Shown in pieces: positions 1 to 7,748 of a stretch of DNA of 20,000 bases. Where the stretch lies: contig JACPAV010000028.1 of assembly GCA_016180645.1 (NCBI GenBank), positions 55,606 through 75,605 on the forward strand, read 5' to 3'. Numbering within the stretch: the stretch's first letter is position 1; every line of letters begins with the position of its first letter. Below the pieces are notes generated by a model, which saw only the letters and a program-made list of their open reading frames with translations, was not told the DNA's origin and searched no databases. Source of the DNA: Nitrospirota bacterium. GTDB taxonomy: Bacteria > JACPQY01. The position numbers and the translations under genes were made by a program.

Positions 1-2047
1 AGCAGCCGTCCATATAGTATTTCGCGCCGTCCGCCAGCGGTCCGCCGAAATCCACGACGCCGTCGCGGTTGAAATCGCCCGCGAGTGTTTCTTTCGTTCC
101 ATCGCCGTCCATGTCCATCATTGCCTTGCCGTCCCAGCTCCGGAACATTCGAATGAGTTGGAAGAAATCCACGCCCGTCTGCCTGACGGTGTCGCGTGTA
201 TGGAAAAGATCCACGCCCCAGAAATCGCCGCCCGAATCGGCGATGCCGTCGTTGTTGAGGTCCCGCGCGCGGCCCTTGAAGAACACGCCGTCCAGCAGGG
301 GCAGCCAATCTTTGGGGATGACGTTTCGAACGAGGGCCTCCTCATCTTTGGACGGTTTGAAAAGGCCGTGAGCCACGGAATCGACGCCGCAGTACGCAAT
401 GCCAAAACGGTTCATCACGCCGGCGAAGCCGATGCCCTCTATTCGATGAAGCGTGTAACCGTGGGAATGCAGGCCGAGAGGGATCGGCCCCGTCTGACCC
501 GGTCTGCGCTTGGGAACGGCGCACACGAAGGTAATGAGATTGTGCCCCACCGTGGCGCGGCCGGTCCGAAGATCGATGTCGAAGGATTCATCGTTGTCCG
601 CCGGATAGAGGGGGTTGACGTTCGGATCCGGCGACGGCTCGCCGATGCCGTCTTTGTCCGTGAGAAAATAGGGCGTGTCCACGAAACCGGCGACGAGGTA
701 GTCGGTGTACTTGAGACTTTTCCGGACTTCTTCCACGAACGGCGCTCCGGTGCCGATGAGCTGGCCGACGAGTTCCTTTCCGTAGTTTTCCACGAGGTTG
801 TCCAGCTCCGCGGCCGGCAGGAGGTAGGGATTTTCGCGGCCGGCGCTGTCCGCGTAGATCCGTTCGACGTGGATGTCGGGCGGGTATTGGTCCTGGATCC
901 AGGCGAAGGGCCCTTTGCCGTACATCCCCTTTCGGATCGCTTCCATCTCGCGGGTGACGGCTTGGGTGGTGAACGTCCAGGCGAAGGCGACGTCGCTCAT
1001 CGCCATGCCGGGCAACTTTCCGTCCCTGATGAAGTCGGCGAGGGGTTGCAGGTCGTCCGTCTGCGTGGCGGCATTGACGAAGGGGAAGGGCGACTCGATG
1101 GGCTTGCTGTCTTCGCCCGTGATTCCGGTGGTCAGCACCACGGCGTAGGTCGTTTCCTGTTCCAGGGGAATGAGCGGTCGGACGATCAGTGTGTTCGTTT
1201 CGCGCTCATAGAACGTCATGAGGCATTCTTCCGGCCGGCACTTGGGGACGCAAGCGCCCGACTCGGACTCATAGGAGACGACGGTGCAGCCTTCCTTGAA
1301 TATTTGGTCGACGGGAGCGGCAGGTCGCCCTGTGGGACTGCATTGGGGGATGACGGAATCGCGGATCATGTTGGGTTTGTCCAGCACTCCGTCGAAATCG
1401 GTGTCTTCGCCGGCATCCAGCGAGCCGTTGCAATTCACGTCCTCGTCCACGGTTTCAAAAAAAAGATTGTTCGATGTTCTGTGCGGATCGTTTTCGAAGA
1501 GACCGAACGGCGCCTCGCCGCCGCCGGCGCCGCGGTCGCTGTCGATCACGTTCGGGAAATTTCCTTGGCCGACATCCAGGGGGACCGGCTGGCCGAACGA
1601 ACTTGATTTCGGATCCACGTTGACGAGGTAAACCAAATCATCCGAGAAATCGCGATTGGGCGGCCAGTGGGCGAGCACAAAAGGCGCGAGGTCGAGCGGC
1701 CGATCGAATTGTACGTAGATCGGGCCGAGGATGCTGAAGCCTGTAAGCTCGGCGGCCTGGCGGCGAACGCGACGCTCGATCTGAGTCGGGGCGAGGAGGG
1801 AGAGGGTGACGCGCCGGCCGGTGGGCGAACTTGGATCGATTCTTGTCGCGATGTTGTTGGGAACCGGGATTTCCGGGAGGGGTTTCTTGAACAGATCCCA
1901 CACGACCTTCGGCCCGCCGGTATGCACGGTGGCCGTGATCCCTCTTGGACCGTCGCCCGCGCATTGAAACAGCATCAACGCGAGGGCCAATAGGATCGTT
2001 CCCCACGAGCCACGAGCGACGAGCCACGAGTCACGTCTTGTCAGCAT
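1..2047 (-). CDS. Large secreted/lipoprotein alpha/beta-hydrolase (lipase-like) with Dx[DN]xDG Ca-binding-type loops; 3' end truncated by the window edge
   Basis: Not in the ORF track because it has no stop in the window. Manual translation from ATG 2047: MLTRRDSWLVARGSWGTILLALALMLFQCAGDG...PLPEIPVPNNIATRIDP...DEDVNCNGSLDAGEDTDFDGVLD...TNTLIVRPLIPLEQETTYAVVLT...HSHGYT...VDSVAHG...DLNNDGIAD...HTRDTVRQ...KYYMDGC(T..). The G-C-(S) at the edge is probably the start of the GxSxG elbow. Blocks are colinear with the 2158-4182 protein. The + ORFs 158-1606 and 1667-1993 are in its antisense register. Confidence 0.85.
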   Translation of the reverse strand, partial: MLTRRDSWLVARGSWGTILLALALMLFQCAGDGPRGITATVHTGGPKVVWDLFKKPLPEIPVPNNIATRIDPSSPTGRRVTLSLLAPTQIERRVRRQAAELTGFSILGPIYVQFDRPLDLAPFVLAHWPPNRDFSDDLVYLVNVDPKSSSFGQPVPLDVGQGNFPNVIDSDRGAGGGEAPFGLFENDPHRTSNNLFFETVDEDVNCNGSLDAGEDTDFDGVLDKPNMIRDSVIPQCSPTGRPAAPVDQIFKEGCTVVSYESESGACVPKCRPEECLMTFYERETNTLIVRPLIPLEQETTYAVVLTTGITGEDSKPIESPFPFVNAATQTDDLQPLADFIRDGKLPGMAMSDVAFAWTFTTQAVTREMEAIRKGMYGKGPFAWIQDQYPPDIHVERIYADSAGRENPYLLPAAELDNLVENYGKELVGQLIGTGAPFVEEVRKSLKYTDYLVAGFVDTPYFLTDKDGIGEPSPDPNVNPLYPADNDESFDIDLRTGRATVGHNLITFVCAVPKRRPGQTGPIPLGLHSHGYTLHRIEGIGFAGVMNRFGIAYCGVDSVAHGLFKPSKDEEALVRNVIPKDWLPLLDGVFFKGRARDLNNDGIADSGGDFWGVDLFHTRDTVRQTGVDFFQLIRMFRSWDGKAMMDMDGDGTKETLAGDFNRDGVVDFGGPLADGAKYYMDGC
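2004..2035. repeat. Period-7 tandem repeat (C/G)ACGAG(C/T), about 4.5 units, within the 5' end of the lipoprotein gene
   Basis: CACGAGC CACGAGC GACGAGC CACGAGT CACG starting at 2004, 2011, 2018, 2025, 2032. Confidence 0.85.
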
Positions 2048-2055
2048 GACCCGCC

Positions 2056-2061
2056 ATTCTA
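2056..2061 (-). promoter_or_regulatory. Putative -10 element (TAGAAT), leaderless start of the lipoprotein gene
   Basis: TAGAAT on the minus strand lies 8 nt upstream of ATG 2047; no Shine-Dalgarno sequence in between. Confidence 0.5.
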
Positions 2062-2157
2062 TACATCCGGAATCCTCCTGGCGAGGCGAATCGGGCGGGA
2101 TGCGTGGGCGTCAGGCTCCGTTTGAAAACGGTTCACATGCCCCGTGCCGGGAGGCCG

Positions 2158-4182
2158 TCAATCGCCGCAGGGTCCGATGGCCGGGCCGCCCGCGGGAACC
2201 CGTGGAATCCCCCGCCGGAAAGAATCCAGGAAACAGCGATACTGGTATTGGGGAGCTTCGGTCTGGAAGACAACTTCATGCCCGTCTTCCAATCCATCCT
2301 CGGGGTGTTGAATCACCACAGCGGTCACCCGCTCACCGGAAATTTCGACATTGCCGGCGGCAGGAAGGGGGATGTGCGAACGCCCGGTCAGCGGGAGATA
2401 CGTGGAGAGCGGGGTCTGGCCGATGAGATCGGGAGGACCCGGCCCGTCTCGCTCCTCGCCGGCGAGGTCGAGCCCCAGCGGCAGAGAAAGGGCGTTGGCG
2501 ATCCGGGGGAGGATGTAGTGGTCTACGATGCCCTGAAGCATGAGAACGTGGCGCGGCCTTTCGCCGGGCGCGGGCTCCGTCACGATGCGCCGGGCATAGA
2601 CCTGCGGGTCGGCCGACTCCGCGCCCCATTGGACCAGCGTGAGCACGGGATCACCCGCCGCAAGGGCGCGCCCTGCCGATTTGTATCCGAGAAGCGCCTC
2701 TGCGATCGGCCGGACTTCGACCGGTTTTCGCTTGTACAGGATGTTTTCAATCCAGCTTCCCCCGGCGCCGCTCAGGATCGCCGCCCGGTAGCGGGGCTCC
2801 ATGGCCATGGCCAGGGGCGCAATCGTCGCGCCCATCGAATGGCCCATGAGCGCCAACCGCTCAACGTCGAACCTGACTCCCGCCGAATCAAGTCCGGGAC
2901 AGCCGGACGCGTCCACTTCGAGTCGTTCCACAACATGGGCGACGAGCGCGATCTCCAGCGCCGACTGCCTCACGTTGTCTCGCAGGGCCACGGGGTTGAG
3001 CACGTTGAACATGAGAAATTGTTCGTCGCCGCGGGAGACGTTGCGCAGTCCGCCGTGCGGGCCGTCCACGCTGATCCCCGCAAACCCTGCGCGGGCGAAA
3101 TGCAACGCCGGACCGGTGCCCGGCACACGCGCGTCCGCCCCGGGGAAATCCTGCGGGCCGCGGTCCACCAGCGGCCGGTCCCCCCCCCCGCCGGTGCGGA
3201 TGAAAACGACGGTAGGGAATCCGGAGGGAGGCATCGGCGCGCGTGGAAGCGTGATCACCATGTTGGCCTCCTCGACTCCGTGGAGGATGGGACGTCCCTG
3301 CGCGTCCAGTTCCCATCCGCCCCCCTCGGTGGCATAGGGCGGAACACCCTGCTGGTAGTCGGGCATGGCGATGGTGCTGTGGTAAACGCAGTAGTCATCA
3401 AAAACTTCAGCTTGGACAAAGGGTCCGGTCGGCGCGGGGATGGGCCTGGAAACGGCGTCCTTCACGTAGGCGGCCATCTGGGTCGCGGGATCGCCGGTGG
3501 TAAAAACGCTCAGTGCCGCGATATCGCGTGTGGCCACCCCGTCTCCGTTCAACGCCTTGAGAGCCGCGCGATAGGAAGCGAAAACCCGCTCTCCCATCCC
3601 GGCCGGCGGCCGGCCGGATGTGATCTCCTCCAGTTCGGACGGCTGCCCGAGCGTCCTGCCTTCCGCGTCACCGGTCCGTCGAAGAACCACGGCGGCGTAG
3701 GCGGCGTTCGGTCTCAAGGGGAATCCCTGGACCGGAAGAATCGAGAGAAGATTGGGCGCGCCGAACGGTCCGCCATCCGCGTTGAAGGTGACTTCGACCG
3801 GCGACCGCGCGATCGTCCCACCTCCCCATTCGAGTAGGAAGATCGTCGCGTCGGGCCCGATGCTTTCGAGAACCGTCGGCAGATGGGTGGTGCCAAGGGG
3901 CCCCGTGAACGAAAAGTACACCGCGCCGCTGAGGGCGAAACCGCGATTGTCCCGCGCGATCAACTGGGCGGCTTGACGCACGAGCGGAATTCCCGCCGGG
4001 TTGGGGAAACCCTCAAGCCGGATCGCGCCATCGGCCTGGAGAAGATCGTCGCTGGGGAAGGGCGCCGAGTAAAAGGAATCGGTTCGCTCGAAGTCCATCC
4101 GTGCGCGCACGCCCGACCCCCCGGCCTTCGCGCCGCAGGCCAGATGCGCCGAGGCGAACAACAAAAGGAGGTATCGCTTCAC
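2158..4182 (-). CDS. Lipoprotein alpha/beta-hydrolase (lipase/esterase-like), 674 aa
   Basis: Signal peptide with lipobox (MKRYLLLLFASAHLAC-G); APFPSD N-terminal motif; nucleophile elbow GHSMG; candidate Asp (GIVDHYI) and His (DGHEVVF); GTG start with SD GAGGG, 6 nt after the upstream stop. Confidence 0.85.
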   Translation of the reverse strand: MKRYLLLLFASAHLACGAKAGGSGVRARMDFERTDSFYSAPFPSDDLLQADGAIRLEGFPNPAGIPLVRQAAQLIARDNRGFALSGAVYFSFTGPLGTTHLPTVLESIGPDATIFLLEWGGGTIARSPVEVTFNADGGPFGAPNLLSILPVQGFPLRPNAAYAAVVLRRTGDAEGRTLGQPSELEEITSGRPPAGMGERVFASYRAALKALNGDGVATRDIAALSVFTTGDPATQMAAYVKDAVSRPIPAPTGPFVQAEVFDDYCVYHSTIAMPDYQQGVPPYATEGGGWELDAQGRPILHGVEEANMVITLPRAPMPPSGFPTVVFIRTGGGGDRPLVDRGPQDFPGADARVPGTGPALHFARAGFAGISVDGPHGGLRNVSRGDEQFLMFNVLNPVALRDNVRQSALEIALVAHVVERLEVDASGCPGLDSAGVRFDVERLALMGHSMGATIAPLAMAMEPRYRAAILSGAGGSWIENILYKRKPVEVRPIAEALLGYKSAGRALAAGDPVLTLVQWGAESADPQVYARRIVTEPAPGERPRHVLMLQGIVDHYILPRIANALSLPLGLDLAGEERDGPGPPDLIGQTPLSTYLPLTGRSHIPLPAAGNVEISGERVTAVVIQHPEDGLEDGHEVVFQTEAPQYQYRCFLDSFRRGIPRVPAGGPAIGPCGD

Positions 4183-4188
4183 GGGCCG

Positions 4189-5250
4189 TCACCCTCTGAG
4201 CGAGCCGATCGCACGGAGGACATTCCCTCCGAGGATTTTCCGAACTCGTTCCTCTTTCCATCCGCGGTCCAGCATGGCTTGGACGAGTCTCGGCCACTCC
4301 TCGCACGTGGGCATGTCGCGGGGCGTTTCTATGAAACCGTCCCAATCGCTACCCAGCGCAGCCGTGTCTTCGCCCCCCGCGTCGATAAGGTGTTGCAAGT
4401 GGTCGACCACGTGGCCGGAGCGGACGGCCCTCGGCGGTGCGCCGAGAAAGGCCGTCTTGTACATCACGCCGATCACTCCGCCCGTTTCCGCGACGGCGCG
4501 GATCTGTTCGTCATCGATATTCCGCCAGTGCGGAAGAACCCCCGTTGTCCCCGTATGGCTGACCATGAGAGGCAGCGAGCGATCGTGCGTTTGAACGGCG
4601 TCGAAAAATCCGGTGCGATGGATGTGGGCCAGATCCACGAAGATCCGGAGGGAATCGAGCCGTTTTACGAATTCGCGTCCGGCCGGCGTCAGACCGGCGC
4701 GTTTTCTGTTTCCCAGCGGCGAACTCGTCCCGCCGAGCGATGAATCAACCAGATGAACGAGCGTGACCTTCAGAATCTCATGCGGAGTCGGGCCATCGAG
4801 AGTATTCCCGACGTCTAAGGCGTTTCCACCCTGGACTCCAAGGAACGCGGCGTGGCAACCGGACCGCCTCGCTTCCCGATATTCTCCCGCCGTTCGCACG
4901 AAGCGGACTTGGTCGGGGTGCGAGGCCAGAATACCTTTCATGCGGGCGAGGTTCCTGCCGAAGATGCGGGACCGTTGGGAGCCGCGGCGGAACGGATTTG
5001 TGGTGATGGACCAGATGGCGCCGGAGACTCCCGCGTCCGTGAGCCGGGGGAGGTCTACCTGACTGTAATATCGGCCGCCGAGAATCCCCCGCCCGTGGCG
5101 TTTGGAAATGTCGTACCCAAAGACCCGGGACCAGATGAAGGAATCCACGTGCAAATCGATGACGTCGGAAGAGTGAATCAGGTCGATGGCCTCCAAGGAT
5201 ATTCCCAGCCGGCTTGCGGCGCCTTTGGGATCCTCCGGAGTCTCGACCAA
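4189..5250 (-). CDS. Membrane/renal dipeptidase family (peptidase M19) amidohydrolase
   Basis: Motifs DLHVD, QVDLPRL, DLAH, SHTG, RNIDDEQI, GGVIG, GSDWDG. Start is probably TTG 5250 (SD AAGAGG); the ORF track extends to GTG 5289. Confidence 0.9.
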   Translation of the reverse strand: MVETPEDPKGAASRLGISLEAIDLIHSSDVIDLHVDSFIWSRVFGYDISKRHGRGILGGRYYSQVDLPRLTDAGVSGAIWSITTNPFRRGSQRSRIFGRNLARMKGILASHPDQVRFVRTAGEYREARRSGCHAAFLGVQGGNALDVGNTLDGPTPHEILKVTLVHLVDSSLGGTSSPLGNRKRAGLTPAGREFVKRLDSLRIFVDLAHIHRTGFFDAVQTHDRSLPLMVSHTGTTGVLPHWRNIDDEQIRAVAETGGVIGVMYKTAFLGAPPRAVRSGHVVDHLQHLIDAGGEDTAALGSDWDGFIETPRDMPTCEEWPRLVQAMLDRGWKEERVRKILGGNVLRAIGSLRG

Positions 5251-5260
5251 GCGGGACCTC

Positions 5261-6478
5261 TTATCCGAGGAAGCTCTTCCCGAAACCACGGTACGTCTTG
5301 GACCGTGATTCCAAGCGGTCGCCGCGCACGAGGAGATATTCCCCGAAGTGCTCGGCCGGTTCCCCGGACTTGGCCGGGCGGAAGAACACGGGATCGCCCA
5401 GGCGGAGTTTCAACCCTCCGGACACCAGGAGAGGCGTTTGAACCTCGCCGGCTCCTTCGCGCCGAAGGAGCCGCAACCCTTCGGGGAGCCAGGGGAGCGG
5501 GAGTCGATCCGGACCCGGTTCGCCGGAGGCGATGATGCCCCCACCGTGACAAGTAATCATCCCCGGCGCCGGGCGTCGAACCGCTTGGAGGGCGAAAAAG
5601 AGGGCGGGATCCACCGAGAGTCCGCGATAGTGGTCGAACAGGTGACCCGCCAGAAACCCGGAGCCCGCGGTGATCTCCGTGAGAGAGGGATCGTTCGCGC
5701 TCCACTCCAGGCTGCCCGTTCCGCCGCCGTTCACCACGGTCGGCGTCAATCCCAGGATTTTCAACCGCTCGATCACGCGATGCCGCGCCTCCTCCACCTG
5801 GCGCCGTGACGCGCGTTTCATGGCGCGAACGAGCTTTCGCCGCAAGGCTGAACCGGTTTCGGGCACCCCGGCAATTTGAGATTCGTACGCCATAAGGCCG
5901 TGAAATCGGAGATGGGGGGATTCGTTCAGCCGGGCGGCGAACTCGGCGATCTCTTCGGGGGAGCGCAACGGACTGCGGCGAACACCGATGTGGATCCGGC
6001 TGCGCAGAGGCCTCCATGCCATGTCCAGTTCGACCACGAGGGGGATGGTGGCCCCGGCCCGCTGTCCTGCCGCGCTGAGGGCGGCAAGCTGTTCGGGTGA
6101 GTCCGCAACGACGGCGGCGGGAACGCCCGATCCGTTCAGACGCGCGAGGACGTCCGCGTCGTCCGCCCGAGCCGTCGGATAGGCCAGGAGGAAATCGGTG
6201 AAACCCTGCTCCGCAAGAAAGGCGGTTTCGGCGGCGGTGTACGTCATGAGGCCTTTCACGGCGCCTGCGCCTCGGTTGAGCACCCGTCGAAGAAGATCCA
6301 CGCATCGGAACGATTTCGAGGCGACTCGGAGCGTCTTGCCGCCCGCTCGGGCGAGGCCCGCCAGGCGATCCACGTTGGACTCGAACGCCCCAAGATCCAC
6401 GAGCGCAAGGCTGAGGGGTTCATCGGCGACGACGCGTCGGAACCGCTCCCATTTGTCCCGGCGGTTTTCGGTGGCCAT
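5261..6478 (-). CDS. Fold-type III PLP enzyme, D-serine dehydratase / D-threonine aldolase-like amino acid deaminase/aldolase
   Basis: RVASKS PLP lysine; LAYP; GLMAYE; NGGGTGS phosphate loop; EITAGSG; GAGEVQTP; FRPAKSGE. Confidence 0.88.
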   Translation of the reverse strand: MATENRRDKWERFRRVVADEPLSLALVDLGAFESNVDRLAGLARAGGKTLRVASKSFRCVDLLRRVLNRGAGAVKGLMTYTAAETAFLAEQGFTDFLLAYPTARADDADVLARLNGSGVPAAVVADSPEQLAALSAAGQRAGATIPLVVELDMAWRPLRSRIHIGVRRSPLRSPEEIAEFAARLNESPHLRFHGLMAYESQIAGVPETGSALRRKLVRAMKRASRRQVEEARHRVIERLKILGLTPTVVNGGGTGSLEWSANDPSLTEITAGSGFLAGHLFDHYRGLSVDPALFFALQAVRRPAPGMITCHGGGIIASGEPGPDRLPLPWLPEGLRLLRREGAGEVQTPLLVSGGLKLRLGDPVFFRPAKSGEPAEHFGEYLLVRGDRLESRSKTYRGFGKSFLG

Positions 6479-6576
6479 CCGACGGCGAAGCCTATCCTAT
6501 TGACGGGCCAAAGGATACGTCAGGGGCATCATTTCCGCTGGCCTCCACGATCAGGCCCTGCTAGCATCGCCGCACT

Positions 6577-7695
6577 ATGAAGATCATTGTCATGGGTGGC
6601 GCGGGCGACATGGGGAGCCGCGCGGTGGAGGACTTGGCTTCTTCGAAAGGAGTCGCACGGGTCACGATAGCCGACCGGAATGCCGCCGCCGCGGAGAAAA
6701 TCAAATCCAGTCTGGCCGGAAAATCGGCCAAGGTCGAGGTCAAGGCGGTTGACGCCAACGACCACACGGCGCTCGTGAAAGCGATGAAGGGGCATGACGT
6801 GGTCGCTTCCGCCCTCGGACCGTTCTTCATGTTCGAAGCGAAGCTCGTGCGGGCGGCCATCGAGGCAGGAGTGAACTACGCGAGCATTTGTGACGAGGCG
6901 GATGCCGCCGAGGCCGTGTTCCGGGATTTCGACGTCGATGCGCGGAAGAAGCGCGTGACCGTCCTCACGGGCTTGGGGGCGAGTCCGGGCTTGTCCAATG
7001 TAGGCGTCCGGTTCATGTCCAAAGAAGTCGGCCGGATCAAGAAAGCCGAAATCTACGTCTACCAGCCTTTGGACGCCGGAGGAGGCGAAGCGGTCATTCG
7101 CCACATGCTCCACATCATGACGGGGAAGGTGGTGGCTTGGAGAGGCGGACGGAAAGTCACGGTTCGCGCATGCAGCCGGTCCAAGATCGTCGAGTTTCCG
7201 AAGTACGGCCGTGTCAAGCTGTGGAACATGGGGCACAGCGAGCCGTACACCGTTCCGCGCTATTTCTACGGCATCGAAGAAGTGGGGTTCTACATGGGCT
7301 ACGGCAAAGGGGCCGAATTTCTGGTGTGGCCCGCGCGCGCCGGTCTCTTCCTGAACAAGCGGGTGACCGATGCCACGGTCCGGCTGCTACTGAGGTTGGA
7401 GGGCATGGACAAAAACAAGGAGCCGGGCTGGGGTGCCATCCGGATCGATGTCTGGGGCGAGAAGAAAGGCAAGGAGGAGCACCGGATGCTCTGCGGCATC
7501 GGTCAGATGCGAGAGGCTACGGGGCTGTCTCTCTCCATCGGCGCGCAACTTCTGGGAGAGAAAAAGCTACTCACGAAAGAGGGCGGCGTCTACGCGCCCG
7601 AGGGTTGCCTCGATCCGCAGGATTTCATCCGCCGCATGAAAGACCGCGGCCAACTCGCCTATGCCGACCTCGCCATGACCCAGCCGTTAGCATAA
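6577..7695 (+). CDS. Saccharopine dehydrogenase-like NAD(P)-dependent oxidoreductase
   Basis: N-terminal Rossmann MKIIVMGGAGDMG, ADRN, ALGPFF, GVNYASICD, GLGASPGLSN, GHSEP, C-terminal GGVYAPE. Confidence 0.88.
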   Translation: MKIIVMGGAGDMGSRAVEDLASSKGVARVTIADRNAAAAEKIKSSLAGKSAKVEVKAVDANDHTALVKAMKGHDVVASALGPFFMFEAKLVRAAIEAGVNYASICDEADAAEAVFRDFDVDARKKRVTVLTGLGASPGLSNVGVRFMSKEVGRIKKAEIYVYQPLDAGGGEAVIRHMLHIMTGKVVAWRGGRKVTVRACSRSKIVEFPKYGRVKLWNMGHSEPYTVPRYFYGIEEVGFYMGYGKGAEFLVWPARAGLFLNKRVTDATVRLLLRLEGMDKNKEPGWGAIRIDVWGEKKGKEEHRMLCGIGQMREATGLSLSIGAQLLGEKKLLTKEGGVYAPEGCLDPQDFIRRMKDRGQLAYADLAMTQPLA

Positions 7696-7748
7696 TCGGT
7701 GACAGTATACTTTATTACCTGCGAATAGAGTATACTGTCACCGATTAT
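7692..7748. repeat. 57-bp REP/REPIN-like hairpin of the GGTGACAGTATAC family; probable bidirectional terminator
   Basis: Perfect 20-bp inverted repeat ATAATCGGTGACAGTATACT (7692-7711) / AGTATACTGTCACCGATTAT (7729-7748), extended by T.G plus TATT/AATA, with a 7-nt loop. The arms match those flanking the RAYT. Confidence 0.93.

Noticed and set aside
1457-1464. A8 tract as a phase-variation site
   Set aside because: Short and explained by Leu-Phe-Phe codons on the coding strand.
158-3837. Long + strand ORFs 158-1606, 1667-1993 and 2104-3837
   Set aside because: Antisense shadows of the two minus-strand hydrolase genes; no recognisable motifs; typical of high-GC codon bias.
6501-6522. TGACG-N12-CGTCA operator in the divergent gap
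   Set aside because: Only 5-bp arms, could simply be -35-like hexamers, and no second copy or adjacent regulator.
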